Origin: a virus
Taxonomy: Duplodnaviria; Caudoviricetes
Length of the DNA: 64,000 bases
IMG/VR virus record: IMGVR_UViG_3300023170_000014
Span: 1-64,000 of that record
Strand: one strand, 5' to 3'
The translations under genes were made by a program, and so were the position numbers. The notes below the pieces were generated by a model. That model was not told the origin of the DNA. It saw only the letters and a list, made by a program, of their open reading frames with translations, and did not search any database. Position 1 is the first letter of the stretch; each line of letters begins with the position of its first letter. Positions 36,087 to 45,772 of this stretch are shown here, one piece after another.

Positions 36087-38321
36087 ATGGCGGATTCTGA
36101 TAAAATTGTAGAAGCAATTGCAAGTTTGCATGAAACAACGAGAATAGGTGTAAAAGCACAAGAAGCCTATAATGAATCCCTATCTCAACAATTAGGAGAA
36201 ATTAAAAATCTTTTATCAGGAAGTTCTGGGGGATCTGGTGGGGATTCAGATCAAAGAAGATCTAGCAATGCTTACACTCGCGCTACAAGAAGCGCTGAGG
36301 AATTCAGATCGCTTCCTGAAAAGGTGAGAGCGCGGCCAAGGACGCAGTTTGCCTACGGTGTTAAAAACGCAGAGGGTGATGTAGCAGATGGGTATTTAAA
36401 CTTAAGAAGAAATGTTGGTTTATTAAACCTTCCCGAAGCACACAGGATGTTGCAAGAGGGTCATTTCCAACAAGCGGGATATCAGGTTGCCTCTGGACTA
36501 GTTAGTAGTCCTTATTCTCGTCCATTTACAATTCCGTCTGGTCTAAGGTTAGGCGCTCAAGGTTTAGACTTTGCAAGAAATAGAGTAATTGGGCAAAGAT
36601 TAGGACAACCTAACCAGATGGGTATGCTTGGTGGAGCAATGGGTCCGGGAATTGACAGTTTTTCAAGTGGACTTGGATCTTATGTTGCAAGCCTTACAGC
36701 CTTTCCTTCTATATTTGCAAGTAAAACCGGAGAACCGTTTAGTATGTTTGGCGGATCAATGGCTCCCGCTATTTCTCAAGGTTATCAAATGCGTAAAGAA
36801 GCATTTATGCGTTCAATAAATCCTTTTGATATGATGGGTTATAAACAAAATCTTTCTCTTATAGAGGCGTCAAGATCAAAAGGATTTAGAAGTTTAGGAG
36901 AGACTTATAACGTTTCTGAAAGCGCAAAAGAAATTATGCAAAAAGTCGGAATTGATGCAGGAACGGCGATAGATGTTATTGATCTTTCTATAAAAAGGCT
37001 TGGCTTAGACGCAAAAGAAGCACAAGAAGAGATGGAAGTTTTTGGTAAAATGGCAAGGGGAGCAGGAAAAGGTGTTGCTCAATTTGCTCAAGAAACTGTT
37101 CAAGTGCTAAATCAAATGAGTTTGCAAAACACAAGAGGTCCGGGTTCATTACAAGCCGCCGCCTTAATGAGCAGCGTTCCCCAAGTCCAAGGACAAGGTG
37201 TATTTAATCTTCTAAATAGCCCTACTATGCTTGGGCTAACTATGGGTAGCATGGCTGGTCAAGGTGCTAGTATGTCAACTATGATGGCAATGGCAATGGG
37301 CGATCCATTTTCTGCTGGGGGTGGAAGAGAGTCGCTTGAAATGATGAGTCAAGGTTTGAGTTCATATAAAAGCACAGTTGATATGTTTATGCGATCTGCT
37401 CCGGGATCAACTAAAGAAGAAAAAGAAACTTTTGCATTTAATATGGCAGCACAAACTTTTGGGCTAGACGGACCAATGACTGCTCAAAGAATTTATAATC
37501 AAACTGACAAAATAAAAACTCAAGCCTCAACGCTAGAAAGTTTAAATGAAATGAAAAGTTTAGAAAAATTTGGCGTTAAAGGAATGCAAAAGCAAGCATT
37601 AGGACTTGGTGGAGGTAAACCTTCAAAAGAAGTTAAAAGCGCTTTAGATACATTGAGAAAGGGTTTTAAACAATCAGCAAGTGGAGGACCAATGTTACCG
37701 GGTATGGCTTCTCCCGGTATAACTTTTGCTGATCCTAGTGGTAGAGATAATCAAGCATTTAATATATATGTTAATAGAATGATTCAAGCAAAACGATTTA
37801 AAACTGAAGACCCTACTGAAGTTTATCAAATGGCAGAAGATGCTGGTTTAGATCCAGAGCAAGTTGAGAGAGCAGCAGATTTATATATTGCCGCAGGAAG
37901 AGCAGAAGGCGATGGCGCAAAAAATGCTTTTGGCAAGTTAGCCTCAGAATTTGATATATCAGTTGGCGGAAACCCAATGCGAGGGGAAAAAGGTTTTGTC
38001 AGTAGTGAATTGAAAGAATTATCAAAACAGAACTGGCAAAAATTAAGTGCCGCTCAAAAGAATCAGTATATTAAAAAGGGAACTGAAACTCTTGATAAAG
38101 CATTAGAGGGTGGATTAATTAAAAAACCATACTATCAAAAACAACTTGAATTAGTAAGAAAAGGTGAATTTGATATTTCTGCATTTGAAAAAAGAATTGC
38201 TGGAACTGCGGCTGGTCAAACACAAGATCAAAGTAGACAACTTGTTGACTTAACTGATGACGCTAAAAAACTTCTAAAACTATTGCCTAACAGAGAAGCC
38301 TCTAAGAGAGAAACGGGATAA
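36087..38321 (+). CDS. tape measure protein
   Basis: 744 aa Ala/Gly/Met/Gln-rich helical protein after the chaperones. Confidence 0.75.
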   Translation: MADSDKIVEAIASLHETTRIGVKAQEAYNESLSQQLGEIKNLLSGSSGGSGGDSDQRRSSNAYTRATRSAEEFRSLPEKVRARPRTQFAYGVKNAEGDVADGYLNLRRNVGLLNLPEAHRMLQEGHFQQAGYQVASGLVSSPYSRPFTIPSGLRLGAQGLDFARNRVIGQRLGQPNQMGMLGGAMGPGIDSFSSGLGSYVASLTAFPSIFASKTGEPFSMFGGSMAPAISQGYQMRKEAFMRSINPFDMMGYKQNLSLIEASRSKGFRSLGETYNVSESAKEIMQKVGIDAGTAIDVIDLSIKRLGLDAKEAQEEMEVFGKMARGAGKGVAQFAQETVQVLNQMSLQNTRGPGSLQAAALMSSVPQVQGQGVFNLLNSPTMLGLTMGSMAGQGASMSTMMAMAMGDPFSAGGGRESLEMMSQGLSSYKSTVDMFMRSAPGSTKEEKETFAFNMAAQTFGLDGPMTAQRIYNQTDKIKTQASTLESLNEMKSLEKFGVKGMQKQALGLGGGKPSKEVKSALDTLRKGFKQSASGGPMLPGMASPGITFADPSGRDNQAFNIYVNRMIQAKRFKTEDPTEVYQMAEDAGLDPEQVERAADLYIAAGRAEGDGAKNAFGKLASEFDISVGGNPMRGEKGFVSSELKELSKQNWQKLSAAQKNQYIKKGTETLDKALEGGLIKKPYYQKQLELVRKGEFDISAFEKRIAGTAAGQTQDQSRQLVDLTDDAKKLLKLLPNREASKRETG

Positions 38322-38327
38322 TAATAA

Positions 38328-39887
38328 ATGGCTATTCGTAAAATTATTTCTCGCTCAACGTGGGGCGCTCAACCTCCTAAAAAAACAAAAAAAACTTCTT
38401 GGCACAAAGGAATTAAAGTATTTATTCACCATACCCAAGAAGTTACCCTTGGAACAGGAGAAAGCGCTTCTAATGAATATCTAAGATTAAAAAAAATACA
38501 AAGTGAAGATATGACTTTAAGACCCGCAGGCAAAGGGTTAGATGATATTAGATTTCATTATATAATAATGCCTAGTGGAAATGTTTATGAAGGAAGAGGG
38601 AAAGCAGTAGAAGGTCAACATTGTGTAGGTCATAACAATGAGCCGGGAATTGCTATTGATGGAGATTATAGCAATGATTTACCCTCCGAAGCAGCGTTAA
38701 AATCTTTATCGTGGCTACTTGATGAACTCAATTTAGATCAGAATAATTTACAAGGTCATAAAGATGGCGACAATAGCGTTAGTTGCCCCGGTGATGAATT
38801 CTATTCCTACATAAAAAATAATAAACTACCTTCATGGAAAGAGGGCAGTTCTGATTCTGATGACGGAACAAAAGATATTAGTGGATATACTTTTCCAAAA
38901 GGAGTGGCCGCAAACGCTGTTACTAGGATTGTTCCAATGCCAGAGGACGATCCTTTTTCTCCAAATTTAATTGCAAATAAAGAAAAATATTATAATTCTA
39001 TAGATCCAAATTTTAAAAAAAGTAATACAAGTAGATATCTTGATTCTTCAGCATATTTTTCAGGTGGAGTTTATGATACAAGAAATATGTGTTCTTTTTC
39101 CTATTATGATAATACTGTAGAAGGAGAGCCAATAAAGAAAAGTATATGGCTTTTAGTTCCTCCAGAAAATATTTCTTGGAGTTATTCATTAAGAACAAAA
39201 GTTGAAGATACTTACGGCGGTCAAGTAATACAGATATTAGGCGTTCAAATAGATAATTTCAAATTAAGCGGATATGTGCCGAACGGTTTTTGGGGAATAA
39301 ATAACAATTATTATAATAAAAGCGATGATATTTCTTTTTTTGAAGATAAAGAAAATGCTCGCAAAAATGGAATAGTGCATCTTGCTAATTTCTTTAGAGA
39401 TTTCTTTACAGTTAAGAGTCAGTCATCTTTTTCTAATCAAAATATGCGATTTAGTTACCCTCATTACGGTTGGGAAGGGGCTAATGATATTAAATTAATT
39501 CCTTATGAATTTCCAAGGGTCAGAATTGCAAATGACGAGATTTTACCTCAATGGGAATTAGAATGTAGTTTAGTAGAATATTTATCTAGTCATTTTGTTT
39601 CTAAAGCAACTACAGCAGCAACAAATCAACTTAAATACAATAAAGGTGGAATTGGTTTTGTCGAATTTATTCAATGGTCTGATCCCACTGCAACAAGTGA
39701 TATTTCGGTAAGCGAAGAAGCCCGGTCACTTGGAGCCTCATATGCTGAATTTGTGAACAATTTTGATATAACTGAATCTGATGCACTTTCGCAAGCAGGT
39801 TTTACCTATCCCCCAGACGTAATAGATAGGAACGTTACATCAGAAGTACAAAAAGTAATTGAAGATAGGTTTGGAATAAATGTCTGA
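38328..39887 (+). CDS. baseplate/tail-tip protein with N-terminal PGRP-type (Amidase_2) domain
   Basis: IISRSTWGA..FIHHT..DIRFHYII..GNVYEGRG..GHKD..SCPG with Zn ligands H/H/C; C-terminal PENISWSY..EDTYGGQVIQILG baseplate-type region. Confidence 0.85.
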   Translation: MAIRKIISRSTWGAQPPKKTKKTSWHKGIKVFIHHTQEVTLGTGESASNEYLRLKKIQSEDMTLRPAGKGLDDIRFHYIIMPSGNVYEGRGKAVEGQHCVGHNNEPGIAIDGDYSNDLPSEAALKSLSWLLDELNLDQNNLQGHKDGDNSVSCPGDEFYSYIKNNKLPSWKEGSSDSDDGTKDISGYTFPKGVAANAVTRIVPMPEDDPFSPNLIANKEKYYNSIDPNFKKSNTSRYLDSSAYFSGGVYDTRNMCSFSYYDNTVEGEPIKKSIWLLVPPENISWSYSLRTKVEDTYGGQVIQILGVQIDNFKLSGYVPNGFWGINNNYYNKSDDISFFEDKENARKNGIVHLANFFRDFFTVKSQSSFSNQNMRFSYPHYGWEGANDIKLIPYEFPRVRIANDEILPQWELECSLVEYLSSHFVSKATTAATNQLKYNKGGIGFVEFIQWSDPTATSDISVSEEARSLGASYAEFVNNFDITESDALSQAGFTYPPDVIDRNVTSEVQKVIEDRFGINV

Positions 39888-40650
39888 AAAAAAGATAACT
39901 CCAAAACAGCAACAATTAATCAATAAAAATGCTGGTGAAAGAAAAGCATTTCTTAAAAAAATTTCTTATGGAACAGACTCTTATAGTCAAAGCGGTCAAT
40001 TAGGATTTAATCAAGCCGCTTCTGATAATAAAGAAGAAGATAGAAAGTTTACTTTACCACAAGACACTGCTTCTTTTGATTTATGGGTACTAGAAGTAAA
40101 TTATGGATATGGCTTAGTTGGACAAAATGCTGTTTCTCGTTTTTATAATAAATTTTATCCTCAATACTTTAAAAGAAATCCTTTTCAAATCAAAGGACTT
40201 TGTAAAGATGAAGCAGAATATAATGCATTAGCAAAATTTATTAGAGAACAACAAGTTAATGCAACTATTGATCATAATAATTTATTTTTATTAGAAATTC
40301 CCGGGGCTGGAGTTAGATCATTGGGAGTAGTTATGAGTTTTCAGGCTGGAGTATCTGTTCAAAATCAAGGTATCCCAGTTGCTCCAGAGTTTGTTTTTGA
40401 ATTTGTTATTTTTAGAGATTTGACAGATCCTCATGATATTAATTTTAATAGAAATGCAAAATTTAGTGAATTTATAAAGTACCCAACTAATAAAACGGCG
40501 ACAATAAAAGATGGTCAAAAAATTCCTGCAATTTTTTCAACAGATGCTGGAGCAATTAAACCATTTAATCCCGCTAGACAACCGTTCACTTCTAATAACG
40601 ATCCAATTTCAGGAATAAACGACGGGACAAAGGGAGCGAAAGGAAGTTAA
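39880..40650 (+). CDS. baseplate/tail-tip protein
   Basis: synteny between amidase fusion and hub. Confidence 0.55.
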   Translation: MSEKKITPKQQQLINKNAGERKAFLKKISYGTDSYSQSGQLGFNQAASDNKEEDRKFTLPQDTASFDLWVLEVNYGYGLVGQNAVSRFYNKFYPQYFKRNPFQIKGLCKDEAEYNALAKFIREQQVNATIDHNNLFLLEIPGAGVRSLGVVMSFQAGVSVQNQGIPVAPEFVFEFVIFRDLTDPHDINFNRNAKFSEFIKYPTNKTATIKDGQKIPAIFSTDAGAIKPFNPARQPFTSNNDPISGINDGTKGAKGS

Positions 40651-40651
40651 A

Positions 40652-43600
40652 ATGGGAAGACGAATCGCCTATTCTCCAGAAGTTCGTGTTTATATACAGC
40701 CTAATGAAACAGACGATGAGGGCAAATTAGTCCCCCCTATTGATATTTCTAATGATATAATTGAAGGGTCAATAGAAAGAAGATCAAATGACGTTTCTAC
40801 TGCTAGGTTTGTTCTTCAAGGTAGAAGATCTGGTGGGTCAGAAGACAATACTACTTCTATTTTATTATCAGGCAAAATTCGTCCTATGGATAGGATCGTA
40901 GTTTATCTTAAAAAAACGAAGCCAATTTTAGTGTTTTCTGGCTATATTGATTTAGTACCTTTAGTTCAGTTCGTTCCAGAGCCAGTTGTTATCGAAGCAA
41001 GTTGTTCTCTAAAAAGATTGCAATATACTTACTTTGACCCAACTCTTCCCAACGTAATGCAGGCTTTTTTGCAAATGGGTATGATTGTTCAAAATAATGA
41101 TAGTGGATTTAATGTATTTCAGCCTCCCGGAGCAGATTCAACAGGAACTGGAGACATTGAAGATCAAGGTTTTCCTAAACTACTTAGTTTTCTTTTAATT
41201 GATGTGGGAGGTTGGAACCCAGATACTGTTTACATTGAACCTCTTCCTCAAGAATGGTTAGACACTGTTGAGCCAATGTTTAGAAACTTTATTGTAGAAG
41301 ATCAAACTTGGGAATCAGCAAAAGAATTTTTAGATGCTTGGCTTGGGGCTGAACCGTCAGGAGATGGTGGTGGTGGTGTAGGAGGGTCAGGAACTCATGT
41401 ATTAGTAGACGAAGAAAAAGTCTTGAATTATTTAAAAAGTGTTGATGTAGCACAATGGATTATTGATCAATTGCCAACTTACTACAATGTTGGGACAAAG
41501 CATAAAGTTGATCCAAGATTTCTTATTGCAATCACTTTATTAGAAACTTCTTATGGTAAACACCAACCTGCTGTAAACAGACATAATCCCGGAGGTCTAG
41601 GAACAGATTATTCTTATCCTTCTTGGGAAGTTTCGATTCCCAAGATGGCTACCATAACATGGGAATCGAAAAGCGAATATGATGGGAAATATACTGTTGA
41701 AGAAATTGGTTCTGTTTGGGCACCTGTTTCTGATCCTAGAAATGATAATGCAAATTGGCCTAAAAATGTAAAGAGTTTTATGGAAAAAATGGGAGCCAAT
41801 CCTAATTTTCCCGTTCGTGGTCCAAAATATGAAAAAGCAGTAGAAGATGCTGCAAGCCCGACAAGAAACTCTGCCGCTGGAACGGGGACTAGAGACAATA
41901 ATACTTTAACAGTGTATTTAGAAGCAGTTGGTGCTGGAGCAAATAATGATACGTTTTTAAATGGATATCAAAAATTAGATTTTTTTGCAAGAGGATATGA
42001 AGTAGAATCTAGTATTAATAGAATGGCAAAAAATAGAGATATTGCTAAAAGAATTAAAGATAGAGTAAATGAAATAATTGCTACACAAAATAGAATAAAT
42101 AAATCAAAAAAAATTAAAGAAGTTGATCCAATTGATATTAAAATAGTTTATCATTCAGATGTTACAAAAGGTTGGAAAGGAGATTTGTATTTAGCAATAG
42201 ATCATACTGATTCTGATAGAGATGAAGATTTTTGTTACTATGTTACACCAAAGGGTAGCAGTCCTAATTTAACTAATCCAAGCATTACTCAGGGTTATCG
42301 CGGTCCTTTGAATACGGGTCAATATGGGTCTGATTGGAAGAAACCTTCAAGTATCTTTGGACGGGACGTAATTAAAAATGACAAATCTTTAATAAAAAAT
42401 TCTAATAATTTTATCAATTTACTAGGAAAAGCAAAGAACAATCCTAATTCAAAAAAGAGTGGCAATGGATTAACTGCAATTAGAGGATCACAAAGTTTTA
42501 GTTCAGAAGAGGCCGCAAAAAATTCTTGGAACGGATCAATTCCCGGATTTTTCTATACTGCGGCATCAACTTGTGCGTATCTACAACTTCCAAATAAAAG
42601 TTCAGAATGGATTCCTGAAACCGATGATTGGGCATGGCAGATAGCAATTGCTATTTATGATTATGCTATAAAAATGAAATCTAAAGGAAAAATTCAAAAA
42701 ACTATTGCTGAAGGAAACCCAAATAAAGAAGATACTACTGATCGCGGTAATGGAACTTCCGTCGTGGGGAGTGAAAAATTTTTTAACCCGCTAGGCGGTG
42801 TAAAATGGAATAATTTAGGTGGCGTTGCTGGTCACAAAGCGAGACCGGAGAACAATTGGCAAAGCGATTATGCTGTTGATATGGGAGTCCCTGAAGGCAC
42901 TCCTGTTTTTGCTCCTTTTAGTGGGAAAATAGTAAAAGAAGGACTACTTGATTCTAGCGATCCTAAAATGGCTGGGATTAGAGTTGGTTTAGAAGGAAAT
43001 ACTGGATATTCTGCTTATCTTGCTCATTTGAGTTCCACAATTGTAAAAGTCGGAGATGAAGTCACTGGAGGTCAACAAATTGGTTTAAGTGGTAAGGCTG
43101 GTCCTCCCCATTTACATTTTGGAATGGCAAAAGGTTCATATAATGCACCATATTCTGCTGGAATTGACCCAATGCCATTTTTAGATGGCGCATCTACAGA
43201 TGTGTCTGGCGGTTCTAGTAGCGGAAATGATGATTCTAAAAACTATCAAGATGCAATTAATTTTAATAGAGCAGCCTTTAATGTTGCTTATCAATTCCCC
43301 GGAAGTCTAGTTGATTCACTTTTGTTGAGAGGTAAAAGAGCATTACAAAATGACGTTCCTTTATTTGACAGTGTTAAAGATATAGCAATTGGTTCAATGC
43401 GTAATTTTGCTTCTCTTCCAAATGGCGATTTTATTGCTTGGTATCCCGATTATTTTAATATTGCAAAAAGAACTCCGTGGCTTAGAATTAGTCAATTAGA
43501 AATTAAAAAATGTACAATTGATTTTTCTGATAAGTATCTTACTACTCATGTTTATATTATGGGAAACCCTTACGGAATTGGCAATTTCCCCTCTGCTAAT

Positions 43601-44272
43601 TCCGATTGGTATGAAAAATTACAAGGTGCTGGAGTAATTACAATTGAACAAGAAGGAATATTAGATTCTTTTCTTTATCCATTAAATAAAGAAGAAAAGA
43701 CAAAAGATAAAACAAAAAAAGATAAAGAAGAAAGAACAGATGATGGTGAAGATTTTGAATTTAATCAAAAAGAATCTTCTCTTAATTTTCTAGAAAAATA
43801 TGGAGCAAGACCTTACACAGAAAGTAATCTTACTATTCGTCATCCTATTGTTGAATTTTTTTACGCATATCATACCTTTATGACTAAATGGGCAGAACAA
43901 TTTATTTCAAGAGCAGAATTTACTTTTATGCCTGAACTATTTCCCGGCATGATTATTGAAATTCCTAATTATCAAAATAATATAAAAAGTTTTACTTTTT
44001 ATGTTCAAGATGTAACTCATACATTTAGTTATTCTAGTGGATTTAGTACTTCAGCAGTTTTGATTGCTCCGGGAATGACAGATTATGACGAAACAAAAGA
44101 TCCTATTGGTATGGTCGCAGTAAGACCTCCTTCTGGAGCGCGACCAGCGACAGTTGTTCCTATGAACAAAAGTACGACAGGAAAAAAGCAAACTTATAAG
44201 GAATGGCTCAATGGGAGAAAAAGTACAAAAAAACTAGCGGCTCAATGGGATAAATTGGATGGAATAAGTTAA
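40652..44272 (+). CDS. baseplate hub with glucosaminidase/lysozyme-like, degenerate Amidase_3-like and M23 peptidase domains
   Basis: VDPRFLIAITLLETSYG..NPGGL; AVDMGVPEGTPVFAPFSGKI..YLAHLS..VKVGDEVTGGQQIG..PHLHFG; hub C-terminus FTFMPELFPGM..FYVQDVTHTF. Confidence 0.85.
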   Translation: MGRRIAYSPEVRVYIQPNETDDEGKLVPPIDISNDIIEGSIERRSNDVSTARFVLQGRRSGGSEDNTTSILLSGKIRPMDRIVVYLKKTKPILVFSGYIDLVPLVQFVPEPVVIEASCSLKRLQYTYFDPTLPNVMQAFLQMGMIVQNNDSGFNVFQPPGADSTGTGDIEDQGFPKLLSFLLIDVGGWNPDTVYIEPLPQEWLDTVEPMFRNFIVEDQTWESAKEFLDAWLGAEPSGDGGGGVGGSGTHVLVDEEKVLNYLKSVDVAQWIIDQLPTYYNVGTKHKVDPRFLIAITLLETSYGKHQPAVNRHNPGGLGTDYSYPSWEVSIPKMATITWESKSEYDGKYTVEEIGSVWAPVSDPRNDNANWPKNVKSFMEKMGANPNFPVRGPKYEKAVEDAASPTRNSAAGTGTRDNNTLTVYLEAVGAGANNDTFLNGYQKLDFFARGYEVESSINRMAKNRDIAKRIKDRVNEIIATQNRINKSKKIKEVDPIDIKIVYHSDVTKGWKGDLYLAIDHTDSDRDEDFCYYVTPKGSSPNLTNPSITQGYRGPLNTGQYGSDWKKPSSIFGRDVIKNDKSLIKNSNNFINLLGKAKNNPNSKKSGNGLTAIRGSQSFSSEEAAKNSWNGSIPGFFYTAASTCAYLQLPNKSSEWIPETDDWAWQIAIAIYDYAIKMKSKGKIQKTIAEGNPNKEDTTDRGNGTSVVGSEKFFNPLGGVKWNNLGGVAGHKARPENNWQSDYAVDMGVPEGTPVFAPFSGKIVKEGLLDSSDPKMAGIRVGLEGNTGYSAYLAHLSSTIVKVGDEVTGGQQIGLSGKAGPPHLHFGMAKGSYNAPYSAGIDPMPFLDGASTDVSGGSSSGNDDSKNYQDAINFNRAAFNVAYQFPGSLVDSLLLRGKRALQNDVPLFDSVKDIAIGSMRNFASLPNGDFIAWYPDYFNIAKRTPWLRISQLEIKKCTIDFSDKYLTTHVYIMGNPYGIGNFPSANSDWYEKLQGAGVITIEQEGILDSFLYPLNKEEKTKDKTKKDKEERTDDGEDFEFNQKESSLNFLEKYGARPYTESNLTIRHPIVEFFYAYHTFMTKWAEQFISRAEFTFMPELFPGMIIEIPNYQNNIKSFTFYVQDVTHTFSYSSGFSTSAVLIAPGMTDYDETKDPIGMVAVRPPSGARPATVVPMNKSTTGKKQTYKEWLNGRKSTKKLAAQWDKLDGIS

Positions 44273-44273
44273 A

Positions 44274-45245
44274 ATGGCACAGTTTATTAATTCTCCTTCT
44301 CAAGTTATATACAATAGAATAAAAATAACTATATGTGATCCTTTAAATGGATATATTGAAGGAATAGATATGTATGGGCAATCTATTAGACTTGCCTATT
44401 CTTTTTATTATTCTCCCTATATACAAATTCCGAGAATAGACGAATACTGGATTGTAAAAAAAATTGACAACAACTGGAATCTATATGCTCGTTTTGAAAG
44501 CGATGATCAGTTAAGAAAAATTACAGATCTTAGTCCGGGGGATGTTAGAATAGAAAGTAAAAATATTCTTTATGTAGATGCAGATCAAGAAATAGTTATG
44601 GATTTTAATAAAGCGGCTCCAAGTTTGAGAAATCTTGAAGAAAACACTTTACCCGGAACGGCTCTATTTGGTTCTGGTACTCTAAATCAATTTTCAGCAG
44701 GAACTCTTATTTATACAACTAAATTAGTATCACCGTTAGTATCTGGACTTTCTACAGCAAATTTGCTTGATGGACAAGAAGAAAAGTTATTATTAGAAGA
44801 TGATGACGATAGGCTTATTTGGTCATTTAGATATAATCAATTAAATACAGAATGGAACTTTATTGGTGGTCCCTCTCATGTTCACTTTACTCCCGGCACT
44901 ACCACTAACACAGGAACTGCTTGGGTAGGAACGGCACCGGCAATTACTGTCCCCTATGATGGAACATATATTCTTTCAGGAGGGGCTGAAGCACAATCAG
45001 ATGCAAACAATACAGGATTTAATTTAGGCTTATCTGTAAATGGTTCCGCTCCTGCTGCTACACTAACTATTTATGCTTCTCAAAAAGATAAACCAGAGGC
45101 CGTTAGTACTACATATAAATTAGATTTTAATAAAAATGACGTACTTTCTATTCAGTATAGAAAAGATCCAGATTATGCACCTGCCGGTACAGCATCTTTC
45201 TTCAATAGATGGATCAGAATTGAACCTATAACTGTGACTACATAG
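44274..45245 (+). CDS. baseplate spike-associated (gpV-like) protein
   Basis: N-terminal OB-like region (IPRIDEYWIV) after hub; C-terminal beta-sandwich. Confidence 0.5.
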   Translation: MAQFINSPSQVIYNRIKITICDPLNGYIEGIDMYGQSIRLAYSFYYSPYIQIPRIDEYWIVKKIDNNWNLYARFESDDQLRKITDLSPGDVRIESKNILYVDADQEIVMDFNKAAPSLRNLEENTLPGTALFGSGTLNQFSAGTLIYTTKLVSPLVSGLSTANLLDGQEEKLLLEDDDDRLIWSFRYNQLNTEWNFIGGPSHVHFTPGTTTNTGTAWVGTAPAITVPYDGTYILSGGAEAQSDANNTGFNLGLSVNGSAPAATLTIYASQKDKPEAVSTTYKLDFNKNDVLSIQYRKDPDYAPAGTASFFNRWIRIEPITVTT

Positions 45246-45286
45246 TGGTGAATAGCGCAACCTAATTATAGAGGAATATATAAAAA

Positions 45287-45772
45287 ATGACTTGGAGCCT
45301 TAAAATCTCTAACGGAGATTTAGCAAAAGGATATGATAATAACTTAGAAGTTGTAAGGGGATCAGAAAAGGTCGTCCAAGATTTGATGTGCTGGATTCGT
45401 CATCCTGTTGGCACCGATCCTATGAACCCAGATCTTGGTTCTCTGATTGAATATGGAGAGCAAGGTAAAACTTATATGATTAATAAAGAAATGGTTGTTT
45501 TACCTGAAGAATACGAAGATTTAGTTGTTTCAGAAATAAATAGACTTATTCGTTATTATCAGTCTTACCAAGGAATGAGGATAGAACAAGAAATAAACCA
45601 GTTTGGTAGAATCGTTACTTATGATCAGGATGAAATTATTAATAATTTTAATATAGATTATATTAAAAATTATGATACTTTATATATTTCTGTTAATTTA
45701 GAAACAATAAGCGGTGAATTGTATAGATTAAATATACCAATACAAAACGAAGCAACTGTTAGAGGAATCTGA
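45287..45772 (+). CDS. baseplate wedge protein (gp25/gpW-like)
   Basis: SLKISNGDL..GSEKVVQDL..PVGTDPMNPDLGS. Confidence 0.75.
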   Translation: MTWSLKISNGDLAKGYDNNLEVVRGSEKVVQDLMCWIRHPVGTDPMNPDLGSLIEYGEQGKTYMINKEMVVLPEEYEDLVVSEINRLIRYYQSYQGMRIEQEINQFGRIVTYDQDEIINNFNIDYIKNYDTLYISVNLETISGELYRLNIPIQNEATVRGI

